Assembly: GCA_037440025.1 (NCBI GenBank)
Contig: JBBIUX010000006.1
Coordinates: forward strand, 11,296 to 75,295
From: Candidatus Fraserbacteria bacterium
GTDB taxonomy: Bacteria > Bipolaricaulota > Bipolaricaulia > RBG-16-55-9 > DRXL01
DNA length: 64,000 nucleotides
Direction: 5' to 3'
The notes under the pieces were generated by a model. It had not been told where the DNA came from, did no database searches, and worked only from the letters and a program-made list of their open reading frames with translations. Position 1 is the first letter of the stretch, and each line of letters starts with the position of its first letter. Position numbers and translations under genes: made by a program. Shown here one piece after another: positions 57,181-64,000 of this stretch.

Positions 57181-58472
57181 AACGGCTCCTTCAGCTCATC
57201 GGAGATGACGCGCGCTAAGGCTTCGACGACTTGAGGGTCGAACTGGCGCCCGCTCAGGCCTTGAATCATGCGGACAGCTTCAGCTGGCTCGTAGTGACTG
57301 GGGCGTCCTTGGGATTCGCGGTAGACACGGTCGCTGGTGAGCGCGTGATAGACGTCCGCGACATGAATGATGCGCGCGCCGATGGGGATTTTTTCACCTT
57401 TGAGCCCGTCGGGGTAGCCGGTACCGTCCCAGCGTTCGTGTTCGTACTTGACGATCTGAGCGGCTTCGCTGTACATTTCAAGATTTTTCAAAAGATCGGC
57501 ACCGATGATGGTATGCTGTTTGACGAGCTTCCACTCGGACTCATCGAGGGGGCCCTGTTTGTTGAGAATTTTTTCGGGGATACCGATCTTGCCGATGTCG
57601 TGCACCAGAGCCGCAACGCGAATCGTCTCGATGTGGTCTTCGGGGAGTTCCATCTCGCGGGCGATCTTCTCGGCGAGGTCCGCGACCTCTTCGGAGTGTT
57701 CTGCCGTGTAGGGATCGCGCTCGTGCATCATGTGGACCATCATTTCGATAGTGTGGCGGGTTTCCCGGCGCAGTTTGGTGTAGCCGCGCAGCGTCAGGTG
57801 CACTCCCACCACTGGGATGAGCACAAGCAGGGCTTGCCAAGGCATTTGGGCATAGAGAACGGCTATTAAGATGGCGATAATGCCGAGGGCAAGGACTTGA
57901 AAGGGGAGGTTGCGCATTTTGAACGGCAAAAGCTTTGTAAACTTGATGCGTTGGGTCAAGGTGAGAATTCCAGAAACGAGAATCGTGTTTGTTGTTGTAT
58001 AGCCTAAGTAAGCAAGAACTGGCGGTACCATTTCAGCGAGGGAGGTGTACGGGGGCGGGTGACCTCCGAGCAGTTGGAAGATTCCGATAGCTACCCAACT
58101 GTTGAGTAGAAGCTGACCAGTATTAAACCCAATACGAGAAAAAAACGCAATTGAGCTTCCTGGCAAATAGTGCCATCGCAAAACGATTTCAGCAGGGAGT
58201 GTTCCTAATAAAATGCTCCAGATCATCACCGAAGGGCCAACGATAAACAGCGCGGCACAATAGATAACCTCACTAGTTGAAATCCTACGCTTTAGGGCAA
58301 CTTCAACTTCGAAGATATCAGCTAGGAAGGCAAGAATTGCAGCAATCAGCACTAGCGATATTTGTGTTGGATCACGCTGAAGCTGAGGCAGGTAGAGGCC
58401 AATGGGTATCAAGCTCAGCAAAACAACAGACCATACATACAACTTCGCTTGCCAGCTCATGCTGGCAAGCAT
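57153..58472 (-). CDS. 7TM-receptor-fused HD-GYP c-di-GMP phosphodiesterase
   Basis: N-terminal 7 TM helices; HDIGKIGIP...HERWDGTGYP HD-GYP motifs. Confidence 0.75.
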   Translation of the reverse strand: MLASMSWQAKLYVWSVVLLSLIPIGLYLPQLQRDPTQISLVLIAAILAFLADIFEVEVALKRRISTSEVIYCAALFIVGPSVMIWSILLGTLPAEIVLRWHYLPGSSIAFFSRIGFNTGQLLLNSWVAIGIFQLLGGHPPPYTSLAEMVPPVLAYLGYTTTNTILVSGILTLTQRIKFTKLLPFKMRNLPFQVLALGIIAILIAVLYAQMPWQALLVLIPVVGVHLTLRGYTKLRRETRHTIEMMVHMMHERDPYTAEHSEEVADLAEKIAREMELPEDHIETIRVAALVHDIGKIGIPEKILNKQGPLDESEWKLVKQHTIIGADLLKNLEMYSEAAQIVKYEHERWDGTGYPDGLKGEKIPIGARIIHVADVYHALTSDRVYRESQGRPSHYEPAEAVRMIQGLSGRQFDPQVVEALARVISDELKEPLWSSSGRFS

Positions 58473-59000
58473 TATAGGGAAACTAAAAGAGGGAGTCCAG
58501 TAGGGACTCCCTCAAGGAATTTCAAAATTTTGTTTTAGTTTACGCCCACTTCTCAGGAGCGCCGCTCATGAGCACGAAGGCGCCGAGGATCGCCAAGATG
58601 TAGAGCACTCGTGCCCCGATCTTCCTGCTGAACCAGCCAGTCACCCGCTCCGCCACCTGATCGTTGTATTCTCCCCACTTCATGATAGTTGCCTCCTTTG
58701 GTTAAAGTGATACTATTATTTTATACTAATTTCCGTTATTTGTCAAGGGTTTTGAGCAAAATCGCGTATGATTGTGCTTTTAGGAAGTGGATGTGTAGGT
58801 GGCTGCTTATGAAGTATATTGCTCGCTTTCACCCCGATACTCACTTGTTTGCCCTCCCACAGGAATATTATACACAAAGTTCGATTTTTTAGACATCGAA
58901 CTTAGGCCGTGTCACTGAAGCGATCGCCTGGTCTTACAAAGTCTCCTGGCGGCAACCTCCAGCCCGCGACTTCCCTGCGACTTCAGCCGCCGGGTGTTCG

Positions 59001-60392
59001 TCAGGGGCGAAACTCACGCTTAAAGCGCGTCTCGCCCGTCGTGTCAATGTACTCTAACGTCAGGCGGCCTGTCGTCCCAGAGAGCGTGATCTGCCCAAAA
59101 TTCCAATACTCGTTGCTCCCGTAGAGACGGGTGGGATTGAGCGTCTCGTCCAACGGCCCCATGTACGATGTCAGCGCGCTCAGCGGCCCCGACGTAAACT
59201 CATAGAAATCTATCGTTCGATCTCGGTTAGGATCGTACTGAACGACGTCCACGATGTGCTCATCCCCGGTGAGCCAGACGACGGTCTTGATGCCGTTCTC
59301 GATGATGAAGTTGGAGATCTCCGTGAGCTCGCGCTCGAAGCCCGTGGGGCTCTCGCCGTTAGCCCAGCCGTCGCAGGCCGCCGGACAATCCGAAGGAAAC
59401 GAAAGCTTCACCGTCGAGACGATGAACTTCCAGGTCGCGTCAGAGCTTTTGAGGCGCTCTTTCAGCCAAGCCAGTTGTTCTTTGTCGAGCATTGTCTTTT
59501 CAGGACCGTCGGGCAGCTTGTTATCACTGCGATACTGGCGCGTGTCTAAGATAAAGATTTCCACGTGCTTGCCCCAGCGGAACGAGCGATAGAGACGGTT
59601 CGGGTCTTGCGGATTTGGCGTGATGGGGAAGTACTCAAAGAGCACTTGGCGCCCGATAGCCAATCTCTTGGGGTCTACGGTCGTGCCCGCAAAATTGTTG
59701 ATGACTTCGTGATCGTCCCAGATGACATACAAGCTGCTGGTCACACGGGCTTTTTGATAGGGTTTATCGGCGAACTGGTACTTTTGCTTGGCGCGGTATT
59801 CTTCTAAAGCATTGGCGATGAAATCGCTGCCGGGGAGGTTGGGCGGGCTGGGGCAGCGCTCGTCGTTATACGCCGTATCGCCCAAGAAGAGAAAGAAGTC
59901 GGGCTGCGCGTCTGAAAGATGGTTGAAGATAAAATACTCCGGGCGGCGGCATTGGCCCTGCCCTCCTAAGTCGGCGCTCCAGGCGAATTTTACATCTGAA
60001 GCCGCGTTTGCTTCAGGAGCCGTGACGAACGTCCCGGTGACGGGCTCGCTCTGCTCGTTTCCTAACACTTGGCGAGCGCGATAGTAATAGCGTGTCCCCG
60101 GCTTGAGATTTTTCAAAAAGACTTTTCCGGTGAAATCTGTGCTCTCTGGAAGAGCAACCGGCTCGGCCCGCTGGGCATCGCTGAACTGCTCATCTGTAGC
60201 GTATTCGACAGCGAGCGCCGAGCCGGGAACCTCCAGCCCACGTGCCCAAATGATCGCGCTGTCTGTCGTGACGTCGCCGGAGGAGACCCCGTGCGTGATG
60301 GCCAGCTTCATTCCGGCTCCGACGCTGCTGGTGAATGCCAATATCCCTCCAATGAGCAACAAAACCCCACCCTTGAGAGCGGTTTTCATCAT
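59001..60392 (-). CDS. PhoD-like alkaline phosphatase / metallophosphoesterase, secreted
   Basis: Signal peptide; GDTAYNDE...IWDDHEVINNF PhoD-type metal-binding motifs. Confidence 0.65.
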   Translation of the reverse strand: MMKTALKGGVLLLIGGILAFTSSVGAGMKLAITHGVSSGDVTTDSAIIWARGLEVPGSALAVEYATDEQFSDAQRAEPVALPESTDFTGKVFLKNLKPGTRYYYRARQVLGNEQSEPVTGTFVTAPEANAASDVKFAWSADLGGQGQCRRPEYFIFNHLSDAQPDFFLFLGDTAYNDERCPSPPNLPGSDFIANALEEYRAKQKYQFADKPYQKARVTSSLYVIWDDHEVINNFAGTTVDPKRLAIGRQVLFEYFPITPNPQDPNRLYRSFRWGKHVEIFILDTRQYRSDNKLPDGPEKTMLDKEQLAWLKERLKSSDATWKFIVSTVKLSFPSDCPAACDGWANGESPTGFERELTEISNFIIENGIKTVVWLTGDEHIVDVVQYDPNRDRTIDFYEFTSGPLSALTSYMGPLDETLNPTRLYGSNEYWNFGQITLSGTTGRLTLEYIDTTGETRFKREFRP

Positions 60393-60457
60393 CGTCCTAC
60401 ACCTCCTATAAATTCTCCCGTCATTCTAGCAGCGAAGCGTCGGCCTGCCAAATGCGC

Positions 60458-61348
60458 TCACAGTTCGCTCCAGGCTTGTTCCAGAAGCTGGCGGTGCCTT
60501 GTCTCATTGAGCCCGTTGATCTCCGCATAGCGCGAGTCAAGAGCGATCTGTGCTATCTCTTTGAGCCTGTCTTTGCGGCGACGGAGCTTCTGCGCCGTCT
60601 GCACGAGCGAGCGATAGTACTCACGGCGCAACGCGAACTTCTCTCGATCATAGGGCATTTCGTGGCCGGGGATGAATTTTTCGGCCCTTAGGCGCTCGAC
60701 TTTCGAGAACAGCCCGGCGAGTTTTGTGATCTTGCCCTCAGGGTTCGGGTAGAGAGCGTCGCTGAGAAAGATTATTTTCTCTTTGGGCAGATGAACGATG
60801 ATAGAGTCTTTTGTGTGGCCCCCGCCAGCGTAAAGCAAGCGAAAGTGCACACTGCCGAGCTCAAGTTCCAGCTTCCCCGTAAAAGTGATCTGCGGCAGAA
60901 CCAGACGCAATCCCTCGAACTGCCCCAGATGGAGCGTCGGCACCATCTTCAGCACCCAACCCGACACCCAATCTATTATGTGCTCCGGTGCCCAGTCGTC
61001 GCGCATATTGGCAAGCATTTTCTGTTTGGTGAAGGCATGGGCGATCACCGGGGCTGCAAAGATTTGGTTCCCGAACGTATGGTCCCAATGGCGATGAGTG
61101 TTTATCACATACCGTATGGGCAGGTCGGTGAGATGCCGTAACGCCTCGAGCGCGCGGCGGGCGTGGTCGGGTGAGTTGCCCGCATCAAGCACGACGACGC
61201 CCTCGTCCGTTAGGACAAACCCAATCGTCGGTTCGACGTATTCCCATTGGGGCGGGACGATCCAGACGCGCTCGCTCACTTGGAAGAGTTTTCTCATCCG
61301 GGGCTCGGAAACTTCCTGCACTTCAGGCGAGCGCGGAGGCATAGTCAA
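60458..61348 (-). CDS. MBL-fold metallo-hydrolase
   Basis: INTHRHWDHTFGN = HxHxDH motif. Confidence 0.7.
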   Translation of the reverse strand: MTMPPRSPEVQEVSEPRMRKLFQVSERVWIVPPQWEYVEPTIGFVLTDEGVVVLDAGNSPDHARRALEALRHLTDLPIRYVINTHRHWDHTFGNQIFAAPVIAHAFTKQKMLANMRDDWAPEHIIDWVSGWVLKMVPTLHLGQFEGLRLVLPQITFTGKLELELGSVHFRLLYAGGGHTKDSIIVHLPKEKIIFLSDALYPNPEGKITKLAGLFSKVERLRAEKFIPGHEMPYDREKFALRREYYRSLVQTAQKLRRRKDRLKEIAQIALDSRYAEINGLNETRHRQLLEQAWSEL

Positions 61349-62259
61349 TTGTAGCGCATCAGCAACGCCAAGACAGCTTTCTGCGCGTGCAGTCTGTTCT
61401 CGGCTTCATCGAAGATTGCGCTCTGCGGCCCGTGCGCGACGTCGTGCGTGATCTCTTCTCCATAATGCGCCGGCAAACAGTGCATCACGATCGCGTCGGG
61501 CTTGGCCAGTCTCAGAAGCTCTCGGTTGATCTGAAAATTTTTGAACTTTTTCCGGCGCTCTTGGGCTTCTTGTTCTTGGCCCATGCTCGTCCAGACATCG
61601 GTGTACAGAACGTCAGCGTCCTTAGCCACTGCTGTCGGGTCATGCCCTAGCTCGACCTTCCCCAACCGACGCGCTTGCTCTGTAATCTCGCGATTCGGCT
61701 CGTGTCCCTGCGGGCAGGCAATGGAGATCGTCATCCCCAGCTTGGGCCCGGCTTCCAGCCACGAGTTACAGACGTTGTTCCCGTCGCCGATCCAGGCGAA
61801 CTTTAAGCCCTCAAGCTTTCTCTTCTTCTCGTGCACCGTCAAGAGATCGCCAAGAATTTGGCACGGGTGCAGCAGATCAGAAAGCCCATTGATGACGGGG
61901 ACGTCAGAGTATTTAGCCAACTCTTCGACGATCTGATGACCGAAGACCCGGGCCATGATCCCATCGCAGTAGCGCGACAACACTTTGGCGATGTCTTCGG
62001 TCGTCTCACGCTGACCTAGTTTGATATCATCTGGGCTTAAATAAATCGCGTGGCCGCCCAACTGGGTCATGCCGACTTCGAATGAGACGCGCGTGCGCAG
62101 ACTGGGTTTTTGAAAGATCATCGCGAGGGTCTTGCCCGCGAGCATCGTATGGGTGACCCCCACGCGCAACTCGCGCTTGAGCTGCAGCGCCGTCTCCAAT
62201 AGTGCCCACAGGTCTTCGGCGGAATAATTTTGGAAAGAGACCAAGTCTTTATGGCGCAT
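61345..62259 (-). CDS. argF: Ornithine carbamoyltransferase
   Basis: STRTRVSFE, DVWTSMGQE, HCLPA motifs. Confidence 0.85.
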   Translation of the reverse strand: MRHKDLVSFQNYSAEDLWALLETALQLKRELRVGVTHTMLAGKTLAMIFQKPSLRTRVSFEVGMTQLGGHAIYLSPDDIKLGQRETTEDIAKVLSRYCDGIMARVFGHQIVEELAKYSDVPVINGLSDLLHPCQILGDLLTVHEKKRKLEGLKFAWIGDGNNVCNSWLEAGPKLGMTISIACPQGHEPNREITEQARRLGKVELGHDPTAVAKDADVLYTDVWTSMGQEQEAQERRKKFKNFQINRELLRLAKPDAIVMHCLPAHYGEEITHDVAHGPQSAIFDEAENRLHAQKAVLALLMRYN

Positions 62260-62277
62260 AGTACTTCTCTCCTCCTA

Positions 62278-62346
62278 GGGCCCTCACCCGGCCCTTCGGG
62301 CCACCCTCTCCCGTCTGAACGGGAGAGGGGCTGGGGGTGAGGGCCT
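62278..62346. repeat. Family B nested palindrome (GGGCCCTCACCCGGCCC..CCCTCTCCCGTCTGAACGGGAGAGGGG..GGGGGTGAGGGCC)
   Basis: Inverted repeat read directly; between divergent argF and ilvE. Confidence 0.75.
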
Positions 62347-62444
62347 CCTCTGCAACGCTGGCATCATACTGAAATTTTTTAGCTGTGCCAAGTTGATTTT
62401 TCCCGGTGCTTTGTTTAGAGTGGAAGCCAAGAAGGAGGAGAGCG

Positions 62445-63326
62445 ATGAAGGTCTATCTCAACGGTCAGTTCGTCCCTGAGGAAGAAGCGAAAATAAGCGT
62501 CTTCGATCACGGGCTGCTCTACGGCGACGGCGTCTTTGAGGGTATTCGGGCGTATGATGGCTATGTCTTCAAGCTCGACCGACACATTGACCGGCTCTAC
62601 GACAGCGCCCGGGCGATCTCTCTCGAAATCCCGCTGACCAAAGAGCAGATGGCCCAAGCGATCATTGAAACGTTAAGAACTAATAGACTGCACAGTTCGT
62701 ACATTCGCCCGATCGTGACGCGCGGGCCCGGTGATTTAGGGGTAGACCCGCGCCGCTGCCACGGGAAGCCCTCGGTCATTATCATCGTCAAGGAATGGAA
62801 GTCGCTCTACGGCGAAGAGATCAGCAAGCGCGGCCTGCGCGCTATCGTCGCCAGTACCCGCGCTCGACCACCGGATACGCTGTCGCCCAGCATCAAGTCG
62901 CTCAACTATCTCAATAACATTATGGCCAAGATCGAGGCCAATCACGTCGGCGCGGACGAGGCGATCATGCTCGACAGCAACGGCTTTGTCGCCGAGGGCA
63001 CGGCTGATAACGTCTTCATCGTCAAAGACGGGAAGATCTTCGTGCCCCCAACAGTGACCAATCTGCCCGGCATCACCCGTGAGACGGTGATCGAGCTTGC
63101 CCAACAAGAGAAAATTCCCGTGCGCGAGGAGTTTTTTGGGATTTCGGCGCTCTACATGGCCGACGAGTGTTTTATCACGGGGACGGCTGCTGAGATCGCC
63201 CCAGTCGTCGAGATTGACGGACGAAAGATCGGAGTGGGCACGCCGGGACCGATCACGAGTACATTGCGCAAGAAATTTAAATCTATCACGGGCATCCCGG
63301 AAACAGGTACGTCCATCTACGAGTGA
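62445..63326 (+). CDS. ilvE: Branched-chain-amino-acid aminotransferase (class IV)
   Basis: [37 protein letters not shown]; ATG with AGGAGG SD (ORF track alt-start 62406). Confidence 0.85.
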   Translation: MKVYLNGQFVPEEEAKISVFDHGLLYGDGVFEGIRAYDGYVFKLDRHIDRLYDSARAISLEIPLTKEQMAQAIIETLRTNRLHSSYIRPIVTRGPGDLGVDPRRCHGKPSVIIIVKEWKSLYGEEISKRGLRAIVASTRARPPDTLSPSIKSLNYLNNIMAKIEANHVGADEAIMLDSNGFVAEGTADNVFIVKDGKIFVPPTVTNLPGITRETVIELAQQEKIPVREEFFGISALYMADECFITGTAAEIAPVVEIDGRKIGVGTPGPITSTLRKKFKSITGIPETGTSIYE

Positions 63327-63332
63327 GGCATA

Positions 63333-63613
63333 ATGAAAGTAAAACTGGGAGAAGCTGGCCAGATCAAGCTGCCGGGCAAAGTGCGCCAAGCGTTGCGCCT
63401 GAAAAGCGGCGATACCTTGGAGGTGCAAGTGATTGACGGGCACATTTTTCTGCACCCTTTGCGCGATCCTGAGCAAGCTTGGTTCTGGACCCCAGAGTGG
63501 CAAGCAAAAGAGCGCGAAGCTGATGAAGATTTTCAAGCCGGGCGTTACAAGAGCTTTGCCAAGGCCGAAGACTTGATTAAAGATCTGCAAGCGCGTCGTC
63601 GCTCACGCCGCTG

Positions 63614-63614
<1 letters not shown>
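63333..63614 (+). CDS. AbrB/MazE/SpoVT-type antitoxin
   Basis: MKVKLGEAGQIKLPGKVRQALRLKSGDTLEV swapped-hairpin pattern. Confidence 0.55.

Positions 63615-64000
<386 letters not shown>

Noticed and set aside
58543-58683. 46-aa ORF on the minus strand (MKWGEYNDQVAERVTGWFSRKIGARVLYILAILGAFVLMSGAPEKWA) downstream of the HD-GYP gene
   Set aside because: It may be a real small membrane protein, but there is no homology, no obvious SD and no conservation evidence, so it is not called as a feature.

Overview
This is a 64-kb high-GC bacterial chromosomal window. I saw no rRNA, tRNA, CRISPR array or intact transposase. Conserved housekeeping genes run from argS (5'-partial) through ftsY, nnr, tatD, nfo and tal to a transketolase C-terminal subunit, then recG, gatC, pyrH-tsf-rpsB, dnaB, a livGF/HM branched-chain amino-acid ABC transporter with two LivK-type binding proteins, folE, thiL, argF, ilvE and a 3'-partial gltX. 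Two accessory regions interrupt this backbone. (1) 8.9-23.4 kb encodes large secreted proteins that carry T9SS-type C-terminal sorting domains: a 1067-aa adhesin-like protein with cadherin-like Ca-binding repeats and a 1232-aa parallel beta-helix protein. With them are an outer-membrane beta-barrel, two tandem RTX-repeat paralogues, and two further beta-helix paralogues that share a shuffled EF-hand/dockerin-like module. (2) 23.3-34.5 kb is a mosaic island. Almost every gene is bracketed by members of a few dispersed repeat families: a terminator-like GC hairpin with T-tract, CACGGAAG-type long hairpins, and 'GGCCCTCACCCC...GGGGGTGAGGGCC' palindromes. Two near-identical ~135-bp copies of these repeats carry a near-consensus sigma70 promoter (TTGACC-17-TATACT). 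The island holds four Uma2-family endonuclease paralogues and several toxin-antitoxin (TA) pairs: BrnTA, DUF433/DUF5615, a DUF5678-like protein with a retropepsin-like protease, and a possible nucleotidyltransferase/HEPN pair. It also holds a twice-copied two-gene cassette of very small membrane peptides and two more T9SS cargo genes (a PKD/beta-propeller protein and an S8 protease). Related repeat sequences are also inserted in-frame in argS and recG. Elsewhere, a REP-like double hairpin flanks tal, and a truncated REP-associated tyrosine transposase (RAYT) lies next to a decayed alpha/beta-hydrolase gene. More TA pairs occur outside the island (MNT/HEPN, BrnTA, DUF4258/DUF2283, HicAB, MazE/RelE-like). 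My best candidates for undescribed biology are the promoter-bearing mobile hairpin repeats that build insulated gene cassettes, the duplicated small-membrane-peptide pair, and the secreted beta-helix family with the EF-hand/dockerin-like module. All calls come from reading the sequence and the supplied six-frame ORF track. No database search was run, and coordinates I derived myself may be off by 1-2 nt.
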